From Candidatus Hydrogenedentota bacterium (GTDB taxonomy: Bacteria; Hydrogenedentota; Hydrogenedentia; Hydrogenedentales; SLHB01): a stretch of 64,000 nucleotides of DNA. Position 1 is the stretch's first letter; every line of letters begins with the position of its first letter. Location of the stretch: NCBI GenBank assembly GCA_045863335.1, contig BTVY01000001.1, positions 232,671 through 296,670 of the forward strand, given 5' to 3'. Below are positions 40,288 to 49,902 of the stretch, one piece after another. Both the position numbers and the translations under genes were made by a program. Below the pieces are notes generated by a model. That model had not been told where the DNA came from and made no database searches. It worked only from the letters and a program-made list of their open reading frames with translations.

Positions 40288-41542
40288 CGAACTCGTCGCG
40301 GACTTTACCTTCGCCGTCGAATGCGCGATACGTAAACCGATCCGGATTCATCGAGATGTCGATAACCTGATACGTCATCACGTTCGGAAATGCGACTTCC
40401 GAGTAGTCCCGATCGACTTGATCGTAGAACTTGGTTCCTGACACCGAAACAATGTAGATCGTGCCATCCGCCGGCGACGCCACCCGCTCTCCCCCAAACA
40501 TGGGATACGTGCGAAGATACGCATGGTCGTGGCCCTGCAGCGCCACATCGACGTGATACTTGTCGAAGAGCGCCCCCCAGTCTTCCCTCACATCCTCATT
40601 TTCACGGTGCGGCGCGGACGGATAGGCCGGGTGATGGTAGACCGCAATCTTCCACCTCGCATTTGACGTGGACAATACCTGTTCCAGCCATGGCGCTTGA
40701 TCCGCGGCGGAAAGGTTTGAGTCCAGTACCACGAACAGCGCGTTACTATACGTGAACGAGTATGCCCGTTCCGCCGGGAACCCGTCCGGTCCATTCTCCG
40801 GCAACGTCAGTAGATCGAGATAGAGCCTGGGCACCTCGTCGTAGTCATAGTCGTGGTTTCCCAGAGCCGGCACGAACGGTCTGCGGCGAAAGATCTCTTC
40901 CGCCGCCCCAAAGAAATGGTCCCACTCGTTCCGCCAGCCGCCGTCGTTGATGAGGTCGCCGGCCACCACGTAGAACGCCGCTTCCGGGTGGCGCTCAAAA
41001 GCTTTATTCATGAGTAAACCCCACGCACCCAAACCTCGCTGGGCATCGCCGAGGTACATGAACGAGAACGGTACTGCATCGTCAGGAGCGGTCGTGAAGG
41101 TCGCCCAATCGCTCCAATTTTCGCCGGACGGATCGCCAACGCGGTAGGTGTACGTAGTCGCCGGCTGGAGCCCCTCAATTGTCGCCGAAAACCGCGCATT
41201 GACCGGATCATTCTCTAACAGGAGATCTTCGACAAGTATTCGGGCGGCATCCTGCCGTTGCGTCTCGGTTTCCGGCTCGTCTTCGCACCGGTACTCCACG
41301 ACGCCCGATTCAACCGAGGACGCCGTGCGCCATTGAATCGTTTGCGTTGTCGCGGGATCGGCGGCCCAGGTCAGGCAGATCTGGTCGGGTGCGGCGGAAC
41401 TCACATACGCTGCGGTGCGGACATACCGGCGGTGGGCGTACCAATCGATGGCCTCGCCTTTGAGTTCGCGAAACAGAAAGAATGCGGCAGCGGCGGCGAG
41501 AATGCCGACCCCGCCTCGAATCAGGAGCTTGCGTGACTTCAT
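40274..41542 (-). CDS. Purple acid phosphatase-like metallophosphoesterase with N-terminal FN3-like domain
   Basis: GDAQ, AGDL, GNHD, HHP.Y, GHDH.Y.RT; N-terminal membrane anchor. Confidence 0.87.
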   Translation of the reverse strand: MKSRKLLIRGGVGILAAAAAFFLFRELKGEAIDWYAHRRYVRTAAYVSSAAPDQICLTWAADPATTQTIQWRTASSVESGVVEYRCEDEPETETQRQDAARILVEDLLLENDPVNARFSATIEGLQPATTYTYRVGDPSGENWSDWATFTTAPDDAVPFSFMYLGDAQRGLGAWGLLMNKAFERHPEAAFYVVAGDLINDGGWRNEWDHFFGAAEEIFRRRPFVPALGNHDYDYDEVPRLYLDLLTLPENGPDGFPAERAYSFTYSNALFVVLDSNLSAADQAPWLEQVLSTSNARWKIAVYHHPAYPSAPHRENEDVREDWGALFDKYHVDVALQGHDHAYLRTYPMFGGERVASPADGTIYIVSVSGTKFYDQVDRDYSEVAFPNVMTYQVIDISMNPDRFTYRAFDGEGKVRDEFVIEK

Positions 41543-41617
41543 GGAAAGACCTTAGGTTACTGCGTGATTATGGGGCGACCGATCGCTGCCCGGATCTATA
41601 CGCCGGGTGAGGCGAAT

Positions 41618-42199
41618 CTATTCCTGACGGCCTTCGATGGCGGACAGCAAAACCCCGGCCGCGATACCCAATCGCCGATCGAGGTATCCCTGCGTATCCG
41701 CAGAAAAATCCAAATCCATTCTCAGCACGAAAGGATTGAAGTGGCGATTGAAATCCAGGACCGTCGCGCCATTGACCGTGCCCGTGAAGGATTGCGGAAT
41801 CAGACTGGTCAAGAATCGCCGCAACAATGCCATCGCCATGCTGTCTTCCTGTATGACGCCGATCTCCTGTCCCGCCGCGTTCGCAATCAACCACTCATCC
41901 CGCAACATGGAACGAAATCCCTTGCGCTTGAGCGTGCCTACCTGCTCGCCCGTCTGCGAATCGACTACGTCATAGGCAGCCCCGAAATCGATGATGTTGC
42001 GCGCGCGGATTGCCAGAAGTTCGTGCTGCATATCCTCGCCGGAGTAAAGCCGGATGTCTTCCTTCAGCTTAAACGCCTTCAGCTTGGAGTAGAACAGCAC
42101 GCTCCCGGCAGGATCGTAGATGTGAAACGCCGCCCCCACCAATTTAAAAATCTTCTTCCGAATCATATAGTGGGTCTGTTGAAACCGGGGGTCCAGCAT
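41618..42199 (-). CDS. LURP-one/scramblase (tubby C-terminal-like) family protein
   Basis: KAFKLKEDIRLY, IRARNIIDFGAAYDV, RKG..S.LRDEW, DRRLGIA. Confidence 0.7.
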   Translation of the reverse strand: MLDPRFQQTHYMIRKKIFKLVGAAFHIYDPAGSVLFYSKLKAFKLKEDIRLYSGEDMQHELLAIRARNIIDFGAAYDVVDSQTGEQVGTLKRKGFRSMLRDEWLIANAAGQEIGVIQEDSMAMALLRRFLTSLIPQSFTGTVNGATVLDFNRHFNPFVLRMDLDFSADTQGYLDRRLGIAAGVLLSAIEGRQE

Positions 42200-42232
42200 G
42201 GCGAGTCCTCTCTTCTTCTTATCGAACCGTGA

Positions 42233-42868
42233 CTACTCGTCGTCGGATACGTCGGACGTTTCGACCTTCGGAGAAACCGCGGGAGGCGGCGCTTCCACGG
42301 AGAACGCGAACTCCATCTGCTGATTGCGAATCAGCCGGTACCGTTTCAGCAGCCGGATCGTCTGCAACGTTTGCGATGCGGGGTAATGGCCGCTTTCGTC
42401 CACCTTCATGACCAGTTCGCGCAGAATATCCGTGAATTCGATGACGTACCCGATGCCCGACTTTCGAAGCAGGCTGAGGGACCGCGAACGCAACTCAGGG
42501 CCGGCCGGCAACTCCGACACGACGAGGATTGTGGTAAACGGCAAACCATCGAACACTTCTTCTGCGAGCGCCAGGGATTCGCTGGAAACGAACTCGTAGA
42601 GAACCGGGTTCGCCTCGATTACGGAAGGATAAAACCGGTCGCCGTGCCACGCGCGCACTTCCACGGTCGCGCGTTCCAGGGAAGATACGTCTCCCACGCT
42701 AAGCAAAAACGGAAGCTCTCTCGGCAGCCCGGGGGCGGTGTTGCGCACGAACAACTGACCGCTGTTCTCGCCGGACCGGAAACGCGGGCCCTGCTGCCAG
42801 TTCGTCATGACCTGGAACAGGTTCAGTTCAAAGAACTCGCGCACCAACTGGACGTTTACTTCGCTCAT
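42233..42868 (-). CDS. Conserved hypothetical protein (possible degenerate PD-(D/E)xK fold)
   Basis: VREFFELN.F N-terminus, RATVEVRAWH, LQTIRLLKRY; co-oriented with neighbours. Confidence 0.5.
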   Translation of the reverse strand: MSEVNVQLVREFFELNLFQVMTNWQQGPRFRSGENSGQLFVRNTAPGLPRELPFLLSVGDVSSLERATVEVRAWHGDRFYPSVIEANPVLYEFVSSESLALAEEVFDGLPFTTILVVSELPAGPELRSRSLSLLRKSGIGYVIEFTDILRELVMKVDESGHYPASQTLQTIRLLKRYRLIRNQQMEFAFSVEAPPPAVSPKVETSDVSDDE

Positions 42869-42909
42869 ACGCGCTCGTGCTTGTCCTCAGTGAGACCGCC
42901 GCCCGAGAC

Positions 42910-43743
42910 TCACTCAGACTCGACTAGCGACCGGCCGATCTTATGATTCGGATTCCGCGCCAGGATCTTCTCTCCCAGTTCGCGGGCGCGATCGGGTTTC
43001 CCCAACCGCTGGTAACACAGGCCGAGCTTGGCCAGGATGTCAAGCTGTGTGAAATTCTCGCCGAACGCGGAGTATAGCCGATCCGGATTCCTCGCGTCCG
43101 TCCGGTCGTCCGCGGCGCGGTAATTCTCCATGGCGCTCGAAAACTGCTCGCGAAAGTAGAAGACCTCGCCCCGCAGGAAGTGGCCCTCCGGCTGGTCCGG
43201 ATTCAGTTCGATGGATTTCTCCAACAATTTGTCCGCGGACTCCAGCGTGCTCTGCGCAAGCTGCGCGTCGCCCGCCAGCTTCGCGGCGCGGCCCAGTAAG
43301 AACAGCGCGGAGAAATTCTTGCCGCCACTTTCCAGCACCGACTGCGCCTGATCCATTGCAGCGCGCCAGTTGGCCTCGCTGAAATTCACATGAGCCAGCC
43401 CGAGGTGCGCCCGGGAGTTCAGCGGATCGACCGCGAGGATGCCCTCGAATTGCTCGCGCGCTTCACCCGTCCGGTTCATGGAAAGGTACGCGTGGCCGAG
43501 ATCCAACTTGGCCGGAATCTGATCCGGCCGGCGCGATACGACCTGTTGGAGCAGATCGACCGCCTTCTGCACGTCGCCGGTTCGAAGATACGATTTCCCG
43601 AGTTGGTGGTACGCGGCGGCGAATGTGTTATCCAGCCGGATCGCCCGTTCAAAACACTGCACGGCCCGGGCCATATCGCCCTTCATGCTCGCGGTCAAGC
43701 CCTCGTCGTAGTAGCTCTCCGCATTATCGCCGCCAAACGCCAT
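42910..43743 (-). CDS. Tetratricopeptide repeat protein
   Basis: Multiple 34-aa TPR units (AYHQLG..Y...GD...A; AHLGLA; GHFLRG). Confidence 0.9.
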   Translation of the reverse strand: MAFGGDNAESYYDEGLTASMKGDMARAVQCFERAIRLDNTFAAAYHQLGKSYLRTGDVQKAVDLLQQVVSRRPDQIPAKLDLGHAYLSMNRTGEAREQFEGILAVDPLNSRAHLGLAHVNFSEANWRAAMDQAQSVLESGGKNFSALFLLGRAAKLAGDAQLAQSTLESADKLLEKSIELNPDQPEGHFLRGEVFYFREQFSSAMENYRAADDRTDARNPDRLYSAFGENFTQLDILAKLGLCYQRLGKPDRARELGEKILARNPNHKIGRSLVESE

Positions 43744-43871
43744 CGCTTTTCTCCAGTATTGGTCGCAGCCCAGCGAGAGTTGAATCCCCTCTCAAGGATC
43801 TCACGCAGTGCGTCTCCAAATGTCTCGCTTCAGCGACAGGGCCGAACGAAGTCCCTGCAGCCGGAAGAATT

Positions 43872-43946
43872 GGGACTGGCTCCATCTTCCTTATGGATCG
43901 CTGCGAAGGTGGTCCAAGCGCCGAAAAGGAAAATGGTGCCTGTCCC
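43872..43946. repeat. Inverted repeat pair, REP family B (GGGACAGGCACCATTTTCCT-like)
   Basis: gggactggctccatcttcct (43872-43891) vs aggaaaatggtgcctgtccc (43927-43946): 17/20 complementary. Confidence 0.7.
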
Positions 43947-43982
43947 TGTTTTTCCCACAGCGATCTTCCTCCAGCCTCCCGC

Positions 43983-45068
43983 CTACCCCCGCAACGACTC
44001 CAACGCAGTCCGCGCCTGCTGAATGCTTACGTCCGTCCGCTGAACCACATGCCCGATTTCGTCGGCCACAACAAACTTCAAGGTTCCCGCCTGCGCCTTC
44101 TTGTCGTGTCGCATCGCGTCAATAACCTGATCGATGGGAATCTCCGGCCAACGCACCGGCAAGCCATACGCAACCAGGCACCGTTCCTGGCGTTGAACGA
44201 ACTCGTCGCCCACAAGCCCGAGGTTCCGCGCCAGCGTGCCCGCCGCGATCATCCCCAGGGAAATCGCCTCACCATGGAGAAAGGTCTTGTAGCCGGAGGC
44301 AGCCTCGATCCCGTGGCCAAAGGTGTGACCGTAGTTCAAATTCGCGCGCAACCCGAGTTCCCGTTCGTCCGCGGACACAATGGCCGACTTGATCTCGCAG
44401 GACCGCTTCACCGGGTATTGCAGCACGTGCAAGGTGCCCGCGAGAACGGCCTCGGACTGCTCCTCCATGTAGGAGAACAGGATCGCGTCGGCGATGATCC
44501 CGTGCTTGATGACCTCGGCCAGCCCCGCGCGCAGCTCGCGCTCGGGCAGCGTCTTCAACAAGGTGAGATCGATTACCACGGCGGACGGCTGGTGGAATGC
44601 GCCGATGATGTTCTTCGCGCGCGCATGGTTCACGCCGGTCTTGCCGCCCACGCTGCTGTCCACCTGCGCAACGATCGTCGTCGGCACCTGGACGTGCCGG
44701 ATGCCGCGCATGTACGACGCCGCCGCATAACCCGCAATATCGCCCACGACACCGCCGCCAAGCGCAAGCACTACGCTGGATCGATCGAGGCCGGCATCCA
44801 GAAACTCGCCGCACAAATAGTCGACCTGTTCGAGACGCTTGTGCTGTTCCCCGGCGGGAATCGTGCAAAGGCGCGCATCCACGTCGGCCTGCCGCACAAG
44901 CTCCGTAATTCGGTCGCCGTACAGCGGCGCAACATTCGTATCGGTCACAATCGCAACCGTGCCAAACACACTGAGATCGGAAAGCACGCGCGGCAAAACG
45001 CCCAACGCATCGTCACCCAGATAGATGGGATACGATCGATTTCCGAGCCCGACGGTTAAATGTTCCAT
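43983..45068 (-). CDS. aroB: 3-dehydroquinate synthase
   Basis: GGGVVGDIAGY.AASYMRG, PTT..AQVDSSVGGKTGVN, KNIIGAFHQP, LNYGHTFGH, HGEAI. Confidence 0.97.
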   Translation of the reverse strand: MEHLTVGLGNRSYPIYLGDDALGVLPRVLSDLSVFGTVAIVTDTNVAPLYGDRITELVRQADVDARLCTIPAGEQHKRLEQVDYLCGEFLDAGLDRSSVVLALGGGVVGDIAGYAAASYMRGIRHVQVPTTIVAQVDSSVGGKTGVNHARAKNIIGAFHQPSAVVIDLTLLKTLPERELRAGLAEVIKHGIIADAILFSYMEEQSEAVLAGTLHVLQYPVKRSCEIKSAIVSADERELGLRANLNYGHTFGHGIEAASGYKTFLHGEAISLGMIAAGTLARNLGLVGDEFVQRQERCLVAYGLPVRWPEIPIDQVIDAMRHDKKAQAGTLKFVVADEIGHVVQRTDVSIQQARTALESLRG

Positions 45069-45098
45069 AAAGACCCCAACTCTTCTTTGTCCAGTTCG

Positions 45099-46157
45099 CT
45101 AGGCAATCCGGCGCTTGGGCTTCGCGTGATTCAATTTCACGGCGCGGCCCGTCTGTGCAGCCTTCTCGCCGGCGAGGATGATCTCCAACGACTTCTTCCC
45201 TTCCTCACCCGTGCAGAAGGGTTCCTCCAATCCCATCGCCGCGCGAACGAAACCACCGCTCACGTCGCAACCCCAGGATCCAGGATAGTCATTCAACGGC
45301 GGTGGCACATCGAACACGATCTCGCACTCCGGATTCACAAGCCGGGCAACCAGCGGTTTATCGTCGTGCAACGCGACCTGAAGCGTGCCATTGCTGCAAT
45401 GCAGGATCGTATACGCCGCGCTCGCGCCCTTGATGGTCCACGACGAACACAAGGTCCCCACCGTGCCATCGGTGAACGTGAAGCACGACACAAAGTTGTC
45501 TTCCACGTCGCCCCACGTCTTTTCCAACCGCGCCGTGAACGCCGAAATCTCCCCGATCTCCTTGCCGGTAATATACCGAATGAGGTCCGCCTTGTGGACG
45601 CCCAGATCCGCCATCGCGCCGAACCGCGCCTTGTCTTTCTGGAAGAACCACTTGCTCTCCGGGCTCCAATGGTCCGGCCCGTCGTGGCCGAACATGCCCG
45701 TCACGTGCAGGATGTTTCCAAGAATGCCGCTCTTCACGATCTCCCGCGCCTTCCGATGCACCCCCAGCCGCCGTTGCGTCTGGTTCACCATCAGAAGCTT
45801 GCGCGCCTTCTTCGCGGCCTCGATCATGCGCTCCGCTTCCGCCGCGCTCGCTGCCATCGGCTTCTCCACGAAAACATGGCAGCCCGCTTTCAACGCCTCG
45901 ATCGTCACCGGCGCATGCAGCGTATTCGCCAGCGTCACCGTCACCCCATCGAGCTGCTCCGATTTGAACATCTGCTTGTAGTCCGTATACACACGGGCCT
46001 CGGGCGCATACCGTTGTGCCAGCGCCTCCGCTTTACCCGGCACCACATCGCACAACGCCACCAATTCCGCCTCCGGACATACCGCGTAATCCGGTATATG
46101 AAGACGCTCGGCAATCGCGCCGCACCCAATTACTGCCGCCCTGAATTTTTCTGCCAT
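45099..46157 (-). CDS. Gfo/Idh/MocA oxidoreductase
   Basis: VIGCGAIA, HVFVEKPMA, DLGVHKAD; start taken at MAEKF, not at the ORF-track extension that overlaps the tRNA. Confidence 0.88.
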   Translation of the reverse strand: MAEKFRAAVIGCGAIAERLHIPDYAVCPEAELVALCDVVPGKAEALAQRYAPEARVYTDYKQMFKSEQLDGVTVTLANTLHAPVTIEALKAGCHVFVEKPMAASAAEAERMIEAAKKARKLLMVNQTQRRLGVHRKAREIVKSGILGNILHVTGMFGHDGPDHWSPESKWFFQKDKARFGAMADLGVHKADLIRYITGKEIGEISAFTARLEKTWGDVEDNFVSCFTFTDGTVGTLCSSWTIKGASAAYTILHCSNGTLQVALHDDKPLVARLVNPECEIVFDVPPPLNDYPGSWGCDVSGGFVRAAMGLEEPFCTGEEGKKSLEIILAGEKAAQTGRAVKLNHAKPKRRIA

Positions 46158-46263
46158 GTACGCAACTCTCCCCTGCTCCTCACACCCAATGTAAGCCACG
46201 CCATTCCTAGCGTAAAGCGGAGATGAATTGTAGTCGCCCCGCCTCGAGAAGGCAACCCGCCGT

Positions 46264-46292
46264 TTGCGCCGCCAACCCGCCTGTGCTACACT
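46264..46292 (+). promoter_or_regulatory. Sigma70-type promoter of tRNA-Pro
   Basis: TTGCGC-17 bp-TACACT with extended TG, 12 nt upstream of the tRNA; the same TGCTACACT occurs upstream of sat (33657-33665). Confidence 0.55.
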
Positions 46293-46304
46293 CTGCCCTT
46301 CGTT

Positions 46305-46381
<77 letters not shown>

Positions 46382-46506
46382 TTTCAACTTCATTGCCAAT
46401 CGATGTCAATTGGCGCGGGGATTCGTCGCTAGCACTATCCCTTAGCGGGGCATGGCTTCCGAGCACTTGGTACGTTTCCCCGCGAGTACTTCCCCATGAC
46501 CGCCCT

Positions 46507-47199
46507 TTAGTCGTCTAACGTCCTGCGCAGATGGGCGCGCAGGATAGACCGGACCATCTCGGCATCGCGCCGCGCAAAGGCTTCGGCGATCATGTGATGC
46601 GCTCGAATCGAACTGGTCGGGTCCTCGCTCGGTTTCGGTGCCTCCAACGTCGAAGCCAGGAAGTAGTCCGCCAAGACGCGGTGCATGCCGGACACGAGTG
46701 GATTGCCCGTCATCTCGAGGATGAGCGAGTGAAATGTCAGATCGATCTGGTCGGCTTTCTCGTTGTGCCCGTACTTCGACGCAACGGCTTCAAACTCGCC
46801 GGCTAGTCTGGCCGCGCGTTGAATTTGTTCTTCAGTGCCGTGGGCTATCGCGAGATCAACCGCGCCCATTTCCAGCACAAACCGGAGTTCCGCAAGGCGG
46901 GACAATTCGTTGCCCTGAGCGCCGCGCCCATAGAACGGCACCCATTGGGACATGAGCTTCACCGGGTCGGGTCGCCCTACGAGCAGCCCTTTGCGCTGGC
47001 GTGATTTCAGCACCCCCAACGCACGAAGCTGCCCCAGGGCTTCCCGCGCGATACTGCGTGACACGCCATAGTGCTCGGCCACCTGATCGCCCGTCATGAA
47101 GAAATCGTCTTCCTGAAGTTCGGAGGCTACAATGTCCGCGTGCATGCGATCGGCGATGACGTTCGCGAGGGTATTGGTGTTCGGCTCTCGTTTACTCAT
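46507..47199 (-). CDS. GntR/FadR family transcriptional regulator
   Basis: wHTH YGVSRSIAREAL..L...G; FCD domain ELRFVLE, DLTFH, GNP, H..IAEA. Confidence 0.9.
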   Translation of the reverse strand: MSKREPNTNTLANVIADRMHADIVASELQEDDFFMTGDQVAEHYGVSRSIAREALGQLRALGVLKSRQRKGLLVGRPDPVKLMSQWVPFYGRGAQGNELSRLAELRFVLEMGAVDLAIAHGTEEQIQRAARLAGEFEAVASKYGHNEKADQIDLTFHSLILEMTGNPLVSGMHRVLADYFLASTLEAPKPSEDPTSSIRAHHMIAEAFARRDAEMVRSILRAHLRRTLDD

Positions 47200-47236
47200 G
47201 GTGAATTGGCACCAGATCCTTTGGCCATTCCCATTC

Positions 47237-48823
47237 TTAGGTAAGCGGTTGATCGTCCTGGGTCCACACGGTCAGGTTCGTCAGGTCCCGGCGGCGTTCC
47301 GGGATCGCAAAGGATAGTGCGTAACCCACGACAAACATGGCGATGTTGCTGATGATCCCCGTGTAGTACGACTCAAACGACCCCTCTACAAAGGCGATCC
47401 ACGCGGAAGGCAACCAACCGAGTACGGCCAGCGAGATGAAGGCTGACCACCCCACTGCAAATACAATGCCAAAGAACACTGCGCGGCCGTCCCCTCGCTT
47501 GGTGAAGAAGCCCAGCATGTACAACCCCATCACCCCACCGGCGATAATCGACTGAATCTCCGTCGCCAGATCCTGAAGCGTGCTGCTCTGGGAACGATAC
47601 AGCCAGAATGCGCCGAGGACCATGATTATCGAGCTGACCAGAGTCAACAGTTTTGCCGCGACGACGTAGTGCCGATCGTCCCGTCCCCGCGCGAGGTGGC
47701 GTTTGTATACGTCGGTAATCGCCACGGCGGAGATCGAGTTCATTGCCGACGACATGCTCGACATGGCCGCCGCGAGTACGGCGGCAATCACGATGCCCGA
47801 GAACCCCACCGGTAATTCGTTCGATATGAAGTACGGAAGAATCTCCTCGGCCCGCCGCTCGCCCGTGAGCATCGCATGCGCCTGCGCGTCGGGGAAAACC
47901 TTGTAGAAGACATACAACCCCGTCCCCACCAGCATGAAATAGCCCCAGGTGGGCACGCAGAACCAACAGCAAATCCACATGGCGCGCCGCGCATCCGACG
48001 CGCTCTTGGAGGCACAGTATTTCTGAATGACCTCCTGATTCGTGCTGTATTCCGCGAGCCATTGAAACAACCCGACCAGTAACAACATGAGAACCGTTTT
48101 CTCGCTGAGCGAAATCCCCCACGCAATAGGCTCCAACTCCCCACTCGCGTTCAACTGACTCAATCCGAACTTTCCGTCGGCCCACCCCACCGAGAAAAGT
48201 TGGGAGAACCCATCCGGCAGTTTGTACACGATGGTTGCAAGAATGAGCAGACCACCCAGGACCAAGATCAGCGATTGAACGAAGTCCGTCCAGATAACCG
48301 CTTCGATTCCGCCGATGATCGTGTAGTACGCGGTGATCGTCCCGCCCAAAAGAATGCAGGTCGGAACACTCCAACCGGTGAGACGATTCATAAGAAGCGC
48401 CACCAGGTATTGAATCAAACTTATCCGGATACACTGACTCAACATGAACACCGACGCGCCATAAAGTCGTGTGCCGGGTCCGAACCGCCCTTCGAGATAC
48501 TCAAAGACGGACGTGATCTTGCCGCGCCGAAAGAACGGCACGAACAACCAGGATGCGATGAAAACACCCACCGGAAGCATGATGCAGATCAGATACCGCA
48601 CATACGCGGTCTTGTATGCGTCCGCCGGATACGCCACAAAGGTGATCGAGCTAATCGTTGCGCCGAACAGGGAAATCCCGATGAGCCAGCCCGGATACGC
48701 GCGGCCGCCGACGAAATACTGTTCCGTGCTCTTGGCTCGGCGGGCGAAATACGAACCCATGGCAAGCATGGCACCGAAATAGATGACGAGCACGCCCAAG
48801 TCAATGAGATTGATTCCGGCCAC
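47237..48823 (-). CDS. Sodium:solute symporter (SiaT-like sugar/sugar-acid transporter)
   Basis: YFVGGR, ISSITF, FEYLE.RFG, GGIEAVIWTD, AAAMSSMSS; GTG start with GGAGG RBS. Confidence 0.9.
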   Translation of the reverse strand: MAGINLIDLGVLVIYFGAMLAMGSYFARRAKSTEQYFVGGRAYPGWLIGISLFGATISSITFVAYPADAYKTAYVRYLICIMLPVGVFIASWLFVPFFRRGKITSVFEYLEGRFGPGTRLYGASVFMLSQCIRISLIQYLVALLMNRLTGWSVPTCILLGGTITAYYTIIGGIEAVIWTDFVQSLILVLGGLLILATIVYKLPDGFSQLFSVGWADGKFGLSQLNASGELEPIAWGISLSEKTVLMLLLVGLFQWLAEYSTNQEVIQKYCASKSASDARRAMWICCWFCVPTWGYFMLVGTGLYVFYKVFPDAQAHAMLTGERRAEEILPYFISNELPVGFSGIVIAAVLAAAMSSMSSAMNSISAVAITDVYKRHLARGRDDRHYVVAAKLLTLVSSIIMVLGAFWLYRSQSSTLQDLATEIQSIIAGGVMGLYMLGFFTKRGDGRAVFFGIVFAVGWSAFISLAVLGWLPSAWIAFVEGSFESYYTGIISNIAMFVVGYALSFAIPERRRDLTNLTVWTQDDQPLT

Positions 48824-49116
48824 GCCAGGCTCCCTCCACGTCGAACGCCCTCGGAGTCCCCGCCTCACGCGGCGGTTCCTCCCACTGGGTCGTCATCGTC
48901 CACAACGTCCAAGGATACGAAATGCAGGTGTCATGAAGCAGTCCTTTGTCCGACCACCCCAGCGTCTAGCTCGAAAATAATATGGTATTTATTTTGACCC
49001 TGCAAGCGCTCTGACATAGAATATTCTTAAAGTTTGGGATTAAAGCATATTTTATCCTCAACGTTCTTCTTATTGAGTAAGGTGCGCCTCCAAGGTGCGC
49101 AGGAGGAGTGGACAAC

Positions 49117-49887
49117 ATGGGCTCGCCACGCGTCGCGGGTATTATCCCGGCCCGGTACGGGTCCACGCGGCTCCCCGGGAAACCGCTGAAAACCATACTG
49201 GGAAAACCCATGATTCAACATGTCTACGAGCGCTGTGCACAGGCGGGGGTATTGGACCTTGTCTGCGTGGCTACCGATGACGAGCGAATCGTCCATGCCG
49301 TCGAAGCCTTCGGGGGAAAAGCCGTGATGACGCGTCCGGATCATGTGAGCGGTACGGATCGACTCGCCGAAGCCGCCCGCTCCCTCGACGCGGATATTGT
49401 GGTCAATATCCAGGGCGATCAACCCTTCATCGATCCGGTCATGATTGACGAAGGTGTTCAACCCTTTCTCGATGACCCCGGCGTGGTGTTGTGCACGCTA
49501 AAGTGTCCAATTGCGCACGAGGCCGATCTTCAGAATCCCGCCGTCGTAAAAGTCGTTACGGATGCAAACGGCGACGCGCTCTATTTCTCCCGCTCCCTGA
49601 TTCCCTATCCACGGGAGGCGGTGGACCATGCGGTTTTCGAGCATGTGGGGCTATACGTCTACAGAAAGACCACCTTGGATGAAGTGGCAGCACTTCCGCC
49701 GACCATCCTGGAACGCGTCGAATCCCTGGAACAACTTCGGTGGCTGGAACACGGCATGCGAATTCGCGTCGTTGAGACGAAATGTAGGGACCAATCGTTC
49801 AGCGGATTCAGTGTCGATACCCCCGAGGATTTGGAACGTGCCGAACGCATGCTTCGCGAACGTCAGGCACACCCGTCGAGCAGCTAG
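49117..49887 (+). CDS. kdsB: 3-deoxy-manno-octulosonate cytidylyltransferase (CMP-KDO synthetase)
   Basis: IIPARYGSTRLPGKPL, ATDDERI, SGTDRL, NIQGD, LYFSRS.IPY, ESLEQLRWLE, VDTPEDL. Confidence 0.92.
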   Translation: MGSPRVAGIIPARYGSTRLPGKPLKTILGKPMIQHVYERCAQAGVLDLVCVATDDERIVHAVEAFGGKAVMTRPDHVSGTDRLAEAARSLDADIVVNIQGDQPFIDPVMIDEGVQPFLDDPGVVLCTLKCPIAHEADLQNPAVVKVVTDANGDALYFSRSLIPYPREAVDHAVFEHVGLYVYRKTTLDEVAALPPTILERVESLEQLRWLEHGMRIRVVETKCRDQSFSGFSVDTPEDLERAERMLRERQAHPSSS

Positions 49888-49902
49888 TTCAGGAGACGAA
49901 CA

